Shown here: positions 51,936-64,000 of the stretch, one piece after another
Position numbering within the stretch: the first letter of the stretch is position 1
How the letters are laid out: each line of letters begins with the position of its first letter
Assembly (NCBI GenBank): GCA_951406725.2
Contig: OX597830.1
Coordinates: 67,890,001-67,954,000, forward strand
From: Octopus vulgaris
Taxonomy: Eukaryota
Direction of reading: 5' to 3'
Length of the DNA: 64,000 nt
The notes under the pieces: model-generated
Seen by the model: only the letters and a program-made list of their open reading frames with translations
Told to the model about the DNA's origin: nothing
The model's database searches: none
Program-made: the position numbers and the translations under genes

Positions 51936-54900
51936 GGTCAAACTATTGTCCAAAAAGAAGTGAAGAGATTGTCAAGGTACAAAAATCTAAGTTACTAATT
52001 AGTTTGTCTAAACTAATAGATGTCACTCTGGCTTTCCTTTTTAGAGGAACCCACCACATGTCATGGATGATAGCTACTGTTAATTCCTGTTTGACCAGCA
52101 TTCTAACACAATCCCTGACATCATTCCGTGCTGAGAACTGTAAAGTTCCTGAATTTGTGTTCAGGGAAGCCAGCAATCTGAATCTGTGAACAATTCATAT
52201 CATGGTCATTTACTACCCTAATGAAGACCCTCTCTAAATATGACCTGCATGATCCACTGCAATTTGACCAAGTTCACAAGACCGTATTCAGGATATCGAG
52301 GCAAAGTCTATCAGATATTTAAGAATACTTAAGAAGTTATATGAGACTTTGGTATTTCACTCCCACATCAGCTTTTCTCATATAATCTTTGCTTGAATCC
52401 GATTAACACTAATGACCGGGATGTTACTACAGTGGTTGTGCAGTTGTCGGTATTTTGTTAAGAATATCATTTATTTCCTAATGTGTTACTGCTTTGATAT
52501 GCCACTGACAAACTGATAAAAGAGAAGCTCATAAAATGTGGTCCTTTCTTACTCGTACTTGTGTCTATCTTTTCTATGAGCTCTATTTTTTTGTACTCCA
52601 GTATTTGAGAATTTGCGATGTATGCAGGGTTACACAATATCTTAAGGATCTTTCTTTAATTGTCCCATGTAGTTTGCTATACATTCTGGGTTTGTTATTG
52701 AATAAATTTCTCTTGATTGCACAAATAAATCATTTTGTTTTTATTTTGAAGAGCTGCTTTTTTTCCCAAACAACGTATATCTTATCGTTCTGACAGATTT
52801 AAACATAAATGACTGTTGGGCCTGCCACATGTTTCTATTCTTGTTTCTGTTGCTATTTTGTAGTTTGGTCTTTATTAATATTGTTTCATTGATTTATAGA
52901 TAGAAAGATTTTCCTCCCTCCTTTTATTTGTGATAAGGCTCTCAGAGTATTTTACTCTTTTTGCTTTTAAATTAAATTTACTCATGTCAAACCACCTGAT
53001 TTTAAAAAATAGGCATGTACATGTGCACACACACACACACACATTTGAACATTTCAAACTAAAAGGAAAGAAATCAAAATGAATTCGTTCCTTCAGTTAC
53101 ATCTATATTTGTGCGTTGTTGGGATTTTTAGATGTGGTTATTCTTCTTTCTCTCTTGCTTGCTACTGTTCTATATTCACCCCTTCAAATTTATATTCTAT
53201 TAAACCCTTGTTTTTAATAGCTATTTTTTCAGTAGTTAGCATGATTCTGTTTTATTTTCTAGTGTGGAAGAAGAAAGAAGAATAATGAGTAAGTAGACAG
53301 ACATTTCCAGATAACTTTTATTCATCATATTTCGAAACCCCACTAAACCACTAAACCTTTGAATATCTGATTCTTAAAGAATTTAAATATCAATTTTTAT
53401 TCTTATATATTTAGACAATTTAAACAATAATAAACAACCTCAAGACAATTAGAGCATTAATAACTTAAAGTTAATTTCGTACAAATTATAAATACCATAA
53501 ATGCCTAATCACTACATGATGTTGAAAGAATTGGAAAATGAAAATGTAAGGTAAAAGGCTAATAATAATGAGATACCATCATTACAATAAAGCAACTAAT
53601 ACAATATAGTCCAAGAAAATATTCTCCAGATAAACTCCCTGAAATGCAGAGAGTATGCAGCACAGATATTCACTATTACATTCGTGGATAATTTGAAACA
53701 ATGAAACAACTGAAATTTGTTAAAGACTTTATTAGAAGACCGTATTTCATGTATTTTGGAGTGAAATTAAGTGATCAAAACAAACTCTGAATCATTTCAT
53801 TTACTGAACTTGTAATATAAATCTGAAGCAATGGACCAAAAATAAAAGAAAGAGAATGAGTTTTATTGGACAAGTGGTCTGCTGAGAACTAACAAATCAT
53901 TTTGACAATTCCTAATTTTGTATTTTTTTATGCTGGATACAAATCGAAAATGAATTACTCTCTTGTTCTTGACATTTAAAGCTGAGCCTCATTGACCTGA
54001 ATTGTATGTTGTTATATCTAATAAGTTTTTAATGATCTGGAAGTCCTGTGAACAAAACTTATGCACAACCTGCTGATCTAGACTGAATTAAATGACTTAG
54101 TGTGTAAGTTAGATCTTTCAGTGACATCAGCAAAATGATTAAGCTCCAGCTTGAATCAAAATATCCTCCTAGCTTTGAGAACAGAATTTGGTTTTTATTG
54201 ACAAGAGGAAAACATTTGCAGTTCTTCAGTATGGAAAGAGCACTGTTTAATTTAAACAGTTTAATTAATGGGCTTAAGATAACACTAATGATAGATTAGC
54301 CAATTAAGAATTTTTTTAATGTTTTGAGAAAAACTCTAGCATTCCTAAAAGCTGAGGAAAAGCATCAAAAGAAAATTGATATTTGGATGATGAAATACAA
54401 ACATATCAAACAGTTGTTGTTTCCTAGCAATAGAACAAAACGAAAATTCAACAATCCAAGAAAGGAGATCTGCTTTCTTTAACAGTGCACATACTAACCT
54501 GACACTGTTTTTTTTTCTATTATTCTAATTCTTCAGATATTGAATTAACATAAAACGTGAACATTGATGGCTGAGAGTGAATTTTATCTACAATATAGCA
54601 GTGTTAAACTATTATATGTATTATCTCAATGATACTTGGTGTATTTCACTGTTTCATTATGGCAGGATAATGCAAGGGTGACTACATTTCTGTTATGAAA
54701 ATATACCAACTTTTAATAAATTTATACAAAATCTAATTTTCATAAATGTACACATAGTGCTGTGCTACATGTAAATAAAAAGAGCTCAGTCTTTCTTTAA
54801 AATAGTTAAAATGACTTTTCTGTTTATTATACTATATAAAAGCAACACCACTTCTACTTATATGTGCGTTTTGTGTTCACCATATTAATGAAATATAAAA

Positions 54901-55461
54901 CTGTTTTTTGAAAAGTCTTGTCATGATATCATCATCATCATCATCATCATCATCATCTCATCATCATCAACATTCTGTATGTATTATGTATGTATGGATG
55001 TGTCTATGTATCAATGGTTTCAAGCTATTTATTTTCATCCTCAGTAGAGGACCCGTCTGCTAGAGATAGCAGTAGTTCATTCCACCACGGAGCTCAAGTA
55101 GCTTGAAATTGGAGGGTCAAGTGGTCATGTCATCTGCTACAAGATAATAAGGGTTTGCTTGCCTGCTTGAAATATATATTGGGTGCAGATTGCCTCACTA
55201 ACCAGCTGTAAACATTATATGTAAACATTGGCAAAAACACACCTTTAGTGCATATAAGTAATCTCTATCATTATATATAATTTAAACATTAATTTCCTTT
55301 ATATTTAACATTCACTATTAATATCCCTACTCTTTCTGTAAGCTACTTCTGACGTTATATTATATAACGTTTTTTTAAACAATATATATAGCGTTCAGTT
55401 AATCACTATACAAATCCATCATTTTTTGCTAAAATGTCTTATTGACGAGTTTCATTTTTTC

Positions 55462-55547
55462 ACTTTCCTGAAGAGAAGATTGCATTGTTTATACCATTTA
55501 TTCTTTTGAATAATATCAGTGGAATTTTCGAAACATGTGTCGAAAGT
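55462..55547 (+). ncRNA. Type I hammerhead ribozyme
   Basis: ACTTTC CTGAAGA GAAGATTGCATTG...CAGTGGAATTTTC GAA AC ATGT GT C GAAAGT. Perfect 6-bp stem I, long stem II, GUC site after 55541. Confidence 0.8.
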
Positions 55548-56645
55548 AAAAATATTTGATTTATACCTGAGTTAAACTCCAGGTATATATTTATTCATAT
55601 GTATCATCATCATCATCATCATTTAACGTCCGATATATATATATATATATGTATATAATACTGGGATTTTAACAACTGTTGTTCTTATAGAACTTACATA
55701 TACCCGAGAAAGAATACTAGAACCATTTTACGACTGATTAGCAAAGTTATCTAATGTAGCTACCTGGCAAAGTAATCCGTGAAAAAGATCTCTTTTGAAT
55801 TCTCTTGTCCAAGCAAGCAAGAAAAAGAAAAATTAATCCTACAAATGGATGAAAGATACTAAAAAATATATATATATTTACAGCTAAATATACAATATAC
55901 CTCGTTTATGAGGTTTAATTAAATGTATATAGAGAGTAGATTGAATTATAAACAGTACCAAATTACTTTTTTATATTCTGACTTAATTTTCCTAATTTAT
56001 GAGTATTGTAATAATATTTAATGATTGTTCATGCAAAACATAGAATTACTCAGAATATGGGACTTGACTATACAGTGTAAAGGAATATACATTTTCATAG
56101 GACTTCCTATGAAGTAATCCTACTTCCTAAAATTGACATCTTTGAAAGGTCACCAGTCCTTGTGAGAAAATGTGTTTATTAATAAATATGTTGATAGGTA
56201 TACAATGGAAAGAAGAAAGAAAGGAGAAACAAAAAGAAAAGAGCTTTGTAATGTAATTTCGATGAATTGACCACATTAAATTAAAAAGAAACCTCCATCT
56301 ATCTATATATCTATCTACTTTAACTTCTATCTATGTATGTATGTATCTGTCTATCCTTTCCCCCTCCTATGTTATTATTCTTTCTTCTCTTTCTTGAGTT
56401 TCCTGAAACCACTCTCTCTATCTATTTCTCCACCATCTTTGCTTTTCCCCAAAAAACAAACACAGTATTCTCCTTTTCTAAACAAAGCAAAACAAAAATC
56501 TAATTCATATAAATGAACAGCAAAATCTTCAGTTTTTACCATTTTTATTTTGATGTTGTTTTGATGAGCTAGAAAAACGAACAAAAGCACTAATAAAGGA
56601 TTATCCAAAATTCCTACTGTCCCCATTTCTCTAAACATATGAGTG

Positions 56646-56689
<44 letters not shown>

Positions 56690-56693
<4 letters not shown>

Positions 56694-58375
56694 TAGGGGA
56701 ATGAATTATCCTATGTTTATCGTCCGCATGGAAAATTCGTTAAACCGAAACCTGGGTAGCAAATTTCCGTCAGAAAACACGGTTGAAGCGACCTGTCAAG
56801 AGTAGAAACTCCGGGTTCATGTGTAGAAATTCGTGTGTTGTATATGAATAAATGAAAGAATGGAGTCGAACGAAGATGTTAACAAAATTCCTTTACTCTC
56901 GACACATATTTCGAAGACAGCATATTTTCATTCCAAAGGAATAAAGGGTGCATTATGCAATCTTCTCATCAGGAAAGAAAGGGAGCCTCTCTCGACAACA
57001 AGACAAACAAAAATTTCGATGATTGCCTACATGGTAAACAAAGCGATAATGAGTGTTTTTTTTTTTAAAAACCGTTAGAAGAATAGACGTCAAAAATAGA
57101 TAGTAGGAAGAGAAGGGATAAAGTAGTGATAGTTAGGGAACAGTATGTTTGCTGTATGCATGGAAATGTGTGGGTGTGTGCTTGTGTTAATGAGTGTGTG
57201 TGTTTGTGTGTGTGTATATGTGTGTGTATAACTGCATTTGTGTCTGTGTGTGTGAGAGAGAGAGAGACAGACTTCAAAGATAGATAGTAGGAAGAGAAGG
57301 TATAAATGAATAATATGTAGGGAACAATTGGAGAGGGAAGGGTACATTGATTGAAAGAATGTTCGGAGGCTTAGGAAAGAATTTCTCTATAGCAGTGGGG
57401 TGGACGTAAAGCTAATTGTTCAAACCACAGTGGCTATCGTTATCATTTATATGAGTAGAAAGTGTGTTTCTACCAATGTTTACATTTGAACGATTTTTCT
57501 ATGAGTGTGTTTACTAGGGGAACCTTAGAGAAAATAATATGGAAGAGTTCAGATTTACAAATGTTACAAAATCTCCTGCCCTTATCAAAAGGAAAGGATA
57601 CAGACAGTATGAACCAATCTAACTTGAAAATTATATTGTCTTTGAGACGCCAAACTAATTTACTTAGCCCTGTGCTATGTCGTTTTTTACTATCCCTGAA
57701 TGTTGAGTAGTGGTTTGAAATTCTTTTGGATAACTGGGAGGTGGACGCTCCTATATAGAAGAAGACATCGGTACCGGAAGAAATTCTACACTGGTAAATA
57801 GAATTCTTAATCTTAGAATTACTAGACAAAAATTTAATTCTGTTGGGGTTGTCCTCCGAGATCGAGACGAAGTTTTTATTGTTATGATTGTTGTTACCAT
57901 TATTATTAGCGCTAACAGCTACACTATTTCTATTATTATTAGTATTATTAATGGCATTACAACCAGTAATACCACCGACAATAATACCGTTATTGTTGTT
58001 ACATTCAACACTACCATTGTTATTAACACGACTAATACTATTATTAATATTATCATTGTTAACACTTTCGCTGCTACTAATGCTGCTACTATTAATACTA
58101 TTCCTATTATTATGATTGTATAATGGGTTGGAATTGGCAAGATTAGTGTTGGAACTCCCGGGTGAAGAATCTTTGTTTAACAGCTTGTTATTGTGGGAAG
58201 ATATAATTTGTGAAAGATTCCTAGTGTTAGAGAAAGCTATTCTGACCTTGTGGGAATTGATAATAGAATGATATCTAGAATTTCTGGGAAAGTTCCTAGC
58301 AACGGCTTCACGGAACTGTAAGGGAAGGTTCGATTTAATTTGTTTTCCGAAAGGTATTACAAACCAGATAAATAT
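56690..58375 (-). mobile_element. Penelope-like element 3' part: GIY-YIG ORF (57470 to about 58372) plus pLTR
   Basis: IWF..PF, HKVRIAFS...NL.QII..HN.KLL, IYQC.I...YIG.ST...KR..NH...F, LSK..W.LK, C.IC..E, KCKH; downstream hammerhead. Confidence 0.85.
56895..56978 (-). ncRNA. Type I hammerhead ribozyme (same family as 55462-55547), 3' of the Penelope-like ORF
   Basis: Reverse complement: TCTTTC CTGATGA GAAGATTGCATA...TATGCTGTCTTC GAA AT ATGT GT C GAGAGT. Confidence 0.75.
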
Positions 58376-58827
58376 ATAATATATATATATATATTTATAA
58401 ATGATTGCCATCTGTTCGTGACCAAGGAAGATCATTGTTGACCTTCAGGAACATTGTGCGCTCTAGGACAAACTTTTATTTTGCATTTACAGTTCGTTGG
58501 TGGCACAAGAGCCTTGCTCTTGTAAGTATATATGACTGCAAACATTGCAAACCAACCTTTCCGCATTCACTACGCTAGCAATACGCTTTTGAGCAGCGTG
58601 TTTAAATTCTTCATGAAGAATACGTACCCTTTCTAAAGAGAGGTTATATGGAGAACTTGTTAGTGGAAAGAGACCCTGACAGAAACCAAGGCTGCGATTT
58701 AAGGACTCTGTCAAGTCCTCATTAAAGGCTTGTGATATGCAGGAGACCAACTGGGTGAGCAATGCCTGTCATCGCCACAGATGGAGGAGACAGGTTAAGG
58801 AGGGTGTCGATACCTTTGATAGAGCAC

Positions 58828-58872
<45 letters not shown>

Positions 58873-58873
<1 letters not shown>

Positions 58874-60142
58874 GAGGGGCGTTCAATAAGTAATGCCCCT
58901 GACCCACTTCCCATAGCAGTAGAGCAACGACACTTGGCACAGTTATTAGTCTTTTCCTACATAGGAACTACCCAGAGTTATACATTTCTCCCATCGTTTG
59001 ATACAGCTCTGGAGACCGTTTTTGTAAAAAAACCCAGCTTGGTCCTCCAGCCACGACGTGACTTCAGAAATCAAGGCTGAATCATCTAGGAAACGCTTTC
59101 CTTTCAAAATCAACTTCATGGCTGGGAAGAGGTGAAAATCAGAGGGTGCAAGGGGAGGAGTTCATAGCTGCATGCCTGTGCTTCTGATCTGGCGACACGC
59201 GAGTTGTGGACCGGAGCGTTGTCCTGCAGGAGGAGGATGCCTTTGCTGATCTTGCCCCGCCTCTTGATTTTGATAGCTTCTCTTAATTTCCTCAAAAGTG
59301 AAGCATAATAGGCTCCTGTAATTGTGGTACCCTTTGCCAGGAAATCTGTCATCACTACTCCGTCCTGGTCCCAGAAGACTGTGAGCATAACCTTGTCAGC
59401 GGAGGGCTGCACCCTTGCCTTCTTTGGAGGAGGTGAGTCACGGTGCTTTCACTGCATTGACTGGGCTTTGGTCTATGGATCATAGTGATGGACCCAGGTT
59501 TTATCCTGTGTGATCAGTCTTTTGAAAAATTTTGACTCATCTTCTTGGCACATCTCCAAATTCATCCTCGAGCACTCAACGCGTTCTTGCTTCTGGAAAG
59601 GTGTGAGCAACCTGGAAATCCATCTGGCAGACACCTTTTGCATATGCAAATGGTCATGAATGATAGTTTCCACAGACCCGGTACTAATCTTGACCTTATG
59701 GGCTATTTGGCGAATAGTTATGCGTTGACCTTCCAAAATGGCAGCCTCAACTTGACGGACAGACATCTCATCAACGGCAGAAGGGGGCGACCAGATCTGG
59801 GAGCTGTTTCCACAGAGTTCCGACTATGTTTGAATTCACAATGCCAGCGTTTTACAAGGTCATATGATGGGGCATCATCACCATAAGTTACTTTCATTTC
59901 ATCAAAAGTCTCCCGTGGTGTGCGTCCTTTCAAATACAAAAACCGGATCACTGCTCGACACTCAACAGGCTCCATTTCACACTTGACTCAGTTCAAACAC
60001 CTGTAAATCAGAAACCACAATTAGTTCAGGGCTGTAATTCGCCACTTAATCTATAAAGGTATAAATAAGTGCACATGCAAAATTTCAGCTAGATCAAACA
60101 ACTGCAAATGGGTCAGGGGCATTACTTATTGAACGCCCCTCG
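58873..60142 (-). mobile_element. Full-length mariner transposon, frameshifted transposase (59975 to about 58930)
   Basis: Perfect 34-bp TIRs CGAGGGGCGTTCAATAAGTAATGCCCCTGACCCA inserted in (TA)n. Motifs RAVIRFLYLKG, RSGRP, LIT.D.TWVHHYDP, KVMLTVFWD, LLQDNAPVH. Confidence 0.95.
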
Positions 60143-60196
<54 letters not shown>

Positions 60197-60703
60197 TGTA
60201 TGTATGTATGTATGTATGTATGTATGTATGTATGTATGTATCAGATTAGAACAAGAACACATTCGGTACTTTTTAATTACATATCATCCGTGCTTCATTA
60301 CAAGATAAGAGTTACTAAGCTATACTTGTTGAAAATCTCTTATCTGTAATTCTTCTGATTAACATTAAGAAATAATACAAATTTACACTTTGTTATCTGT
60401 GTAGTGTGCTATGTTTTATATTTAATTAAGGTAATTTTCTGTCATTGAATTTACGTGGGGAAAGGGGCCGTTTGCCTGGCCTTCACCAGGCTTTCTGGGA
60501 TTCATAAGAATGAGACAATTAGCATTCCTCTATGCAGTGAGAGAATTTTAGAAAGCGAATGTTCTAGGAAGGGAAAGTGGGCGTAATGTTTATAGCAAGG
60601 CTTAAAAGGGACGTGAGATGTGTGACGGAAGAGGAGAAATGATCTAGAGGTGCCACAAGAGCACCTGACCCTGAGAAAAAAAGGCCACTGCAATAATGGT
60701 AGG

Positions 60704-60771
<68 letters not shown>

Positions 60772-60879
60772 TCTGCATGTCTCTGGATTAGACTTTCATT
60801 GAGTACCTTCTAGTTAATCAGTCACGTGGATATTTTTTCATATGTTTCAGGATATCTGTGTCTGTAGCAACTATAACAT

Positions 60880-61790
60880 CCCATATATGAGAATTACATA
60901 TATTTTGGGTTTCACCTGAGCTTAATAGCAGGTTTTTGAAGTTGATGAGATGAAATATTCTTTGGTTCTGAAGTGGAAAACTAGTCTATTCAATATCAAT
61001 TTTATTATGCAAAATATTAGCACTAAGAGAGCTCTTGGTCAATTCAAAATTGTTGAATCTATCAATCAGTATGTACCAGCTTTCTTAAGATTGCTTTTGA
61101 AACTAGGAGTTGAGATATATCAATATTATTCTGATGGAGCTCATTGCACCTTACCATTGACAACTTTGACACTGCACTATTGTCAAAGGAGCCAACAAAT
61201 ATGGAGTTGTATTGGTGCAGAGGTTTGACATTTACAATACTGAACTCTGGCATCTCAGCAACCATCTTTCCTGTATCAGACTATCTAATAATTATATCCA
61301 TTTCAACCAATAATTTGTCTTTGTCACAGTTCAAAGAACTGTAATATTTTGTGTGTGTGTTGTGTGTGTACATGTTTTATAAGTGACTGTATTTAATGCT
61401 CTCCAGTGTTGTTGGCAAAAAATGTGGGGTTGATAGATGTTGCTTTACTTTCAATCTATTTAGGGGCCATGTTTCTTACTAATTTAAGTAGAACTGTGTT
61501 AATTTGGCAGCACTGTCTGTAAAGTCCTGGGAAGATGTGAGTGTTTATGTTAGTGTGCATATGAAGTCGACTATGTGTATTGAGGTTGAATAGGAAGAGA
61601 TTGAAAACTCGTAGGAGAGAATGCATGCCCAACTGATTCCATGTGGAAAATTAGTATCTGAAAGTGTTGTTCTTGTACACTACATAGACATGGCAGCTTG
61701 ATAGATTGTTGGCTCACCAGCATTTTGTATTGTTTGCTGGAGAGGGAGGAGAGAGATTGCAATATTTCCAGACTGCTATACTACGTACCA
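60880..61790 (-). mobile_element. Highly degenerate LINE AP-endonuclease fragment
   Basis: Remnants of LC.VQE.H, IVNV.KP and IFVGSF. Confidence 0.4.
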
Positions 61791-61879
61791 TACATTTTGT
61801 AATTGAATGTCATAGTTAAAATGTACGGTGATGTAGGATACAGCCTAACCACCTGTATAGTTAATCGAGTTATTGAGTA

Positions 61880-63100
61880 AGACACCATCCTCAATGACTG
61901 ATGTAGTAGTATTATAGTTAGCTGTAACAAGGATAAAGGTGATGCCTTATATAGAAACAACTACAAAGGTACCAAACTGCTAGACCAGGTCATGAAAGTT
62001 ACTGAGAAGGTTATAATTCAGTTGATTAGGTATAGAATTAGACTAGATGTGATGCAGTTTTGTTTTGTACCTGCCGCAGTTACCATGTTCCAAGTGAAAC
62101 AGCTGCAGGAATCGTATTTGGCCAAAATTAACTTTCATTGACCTGGAGAAAGCTTTCGACAGATACCCCACTCTGTTATCTGCTGGTGTCTAAGGAAATT
62201 AGGAATTGATCAGTGACTCGTTAAAGATGCACAAGCCATGTAAGTGATGCAGTCAGTAAGGTGAAGTCGGCCATGAATACAGTGAGGAACTTAGCATACA
62301 AGTAGGGGTTCACCAATGCCCAGTTCTCAGCCCACACTTTTTCATTATAGTCCTCCAGACCATAACTGAGGAATTCAAAGCTGGATGCTAAAGAAAACTA
62401 ATATACGCTGATGATCTTGGTCTTCTGGCTGAATCAATAGTAGAACTAGAGAAGACATTTCAGGTACAGAAGAAAAACCTAGAATCAAAGACCTTAAAGT
62501 TAACCTAGTAAAGAGCAAAGTTGATGTTAACAAGAAAGCAGATAAGACTCTATTTCCATCATTTAAATTGGTCCCTTTGTAGGAAAGGAGTGGCAAGTAA
62601 TACTATTCATTGCATCCAGTGTAAGCCAGGGACAAATAAGAGGCGTAGTGGAATCAGAGGTAGATTAACAAATAAAGTCTTCGTATATGACATGTGCAGG
62701 AACAATAATCTCTAAAAGCACAGGGGACTTGGATTCTCTCAAATGCGCAGGAGGCTCTCTTGTGGTTGTAGATATTTTCTGTTACCTAGGTGACCAAATT
62801 AGAAATGCTCTGAAAATATTGTTTTCAAAATAAGAATAGGATGGAGGAAGTTCAGAGAACTATTACTTCTGTTGGCAAGAAAAGGACTCTCTCTTTCTCA
62901 GAGTTAAAATAGATTAAATGATGCTTGTGTGCGAATGGCTATACTCCATGGTAGCGAGACATGGGCTATGAATGGCTATGAATATAGACAACATGCGTAG
63001 ACTGGGGAAAAGTGCAATATCAGTGTGCATATATGACAAAGTGCAAACGTATTGAGAGAAAAGTTGGGCATAAGATGAAGCAAATGCAGCATGCAATTTC
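61880..63100 (+). mobile_element. Degenerate RTE-like RT fragment
   Basis: NYKGTKLLD.VMKV.E, FIDLEKAFDRYP and YADDL remnants. Confidence 0.7.
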
Positions 63101-63420
63101 ATGCCTTGCACCTAGAGTAGAAACGAACATTAGCCATATGGATTCTGTGGATCTAGTTGAATTGCAAAGTATCTATGAAACTGCCAAGTTTGATTCTTAT
63201 CCTAAATGGCTGAGCCCTCATTGGACATAATTTTACAGAAACACTAAATATACATGGATATGATTTGATATATTTATTTAATAACCTATTTTATATTGGT
63301 ACAGTTGTAAATGTATATGTGTGAGGGAGTTTGTGAATAGATCTGTTTTTTAAGGTTTGATTCCTTATCAAGACTCGGGGTACACACGCTCTGCAAGTAT
63401 TTGCAACCTCTTCAGGTGGT

Positions 63421-64000
63421 CCTGAAGAGGTTGCAAATACTTGCAGTGCGTGTGTACCCCAAGTCTCAGTCTGGCTTTAGGGCAGAGAGGTCTACAATCG
63501 ACATGATCTTCTCACTCAGGCAGCTTCAAGAAAAGAGTCGAGAACAGAGACAGCCCCTATACGTGGCCTTCATCGACCTGGCTAAGGCGTTCGACTCAGT
63601 CAGCAGGGAGGGGCTGTTTGCGCTCCTGGGTAGGATAGGTTGCCCTCCCAGACTGCTGAAACTCATCACCTCCTTTCACGACGGTATGCAGTTTGACGGA
63701 TCGCCCTCGGAGTCGTTCCCCATCCAGAGTGGAGTGAAACAGGGTTGCGTTCTGGCGCCGACGCTCTTCGGAATTTTCTTCTCCCTTGTCCTGTCCTATG
63801 CCTTCAGAACGTCCGACGACGGAGTGTTCCTCCACACCAGGGCTGATGGTGGATTGTTCAATCTTGCGCGCCTCAGAGCTAAGACCAAAGTCCGTCAGGT
63901 GCTGATCAGAGAGATCCTCTTTGCTGACGATGCCGCCCTAACATCACACAACCAGCCGGGTCTCCAGAGGCTGGTCAGCTCCCTGGCGGATGCCTGCCAA
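63421..64000 (+). mobile_element. GC-rich RTE/BovB-like LINE RT, 5'-truncated, runs off the window
   Basis: SQSGFRAERSTIDMIFSLRQLQEK, LYVAFIDLAKAFDSVSR, GVKQGCVLAPTLF, LFADD. Confidence 0.9.

Noticed and set aside
54428-54500. Acceptor-like ttcctag followed by a short open frame
   Set aside because: No TRPM motif and no donor site.
55884-55912. Possible phase 0-to-2 micro-exon (LNIQYTSFMR) as the start of a third module
   Set aside because: No similarity to WIQENIK and a weak donor. I could not identify the exon after 47178 in this window.
60950-61228. ORF containing PAFLRLLLKLGVEIYQY, reminiscent of TRPM MHR4 FV.LLLENGV
   Set aside because: No convincing acceptor or donor was found, and the opposite strand looks like a decayed LINE endonuclease. 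Likely chance.

Overview
AT-rich, microsatellite- and transposon-dense eukaryotic DNA. The SINE/LINE repertoire looks cephalopod (Octopus-like), which is inference. Most long ORFs are transposon remnants. The host gene is largely invisible in the ORF track: ten short GT-AG exons on the + strand (3195-47178) splice in frame into a TRPM-channel N-terminal region. The exon order is unusual. An exon encoding the end of the TRPM MHR1-3 module (LAWN-type motif) comes first. It is followed in phase by a complete second module of nine exons (1077 nt, 359 aa), which ends in a paralogous 95-nt exon. This points to a TRPM-like protein with tandemly repeated SLOG/MHR1-3 modules. The two paralogous exons are far more diverged than their flanking introns. 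The introns hold a near-intact CR1/L2-group LINE with a Myb/SANT + 4xCCCH ORF1 and a likely UUUUUUA -1 frameshift site, and six type I hammerhead ribozyme motifs tied to Penelope-like elements. They also hold R4/Dong-like, RTE, Tx1-like, Gypsy-like, mariner and Helitron remnants. All calls come from manual reading; no database search was run.
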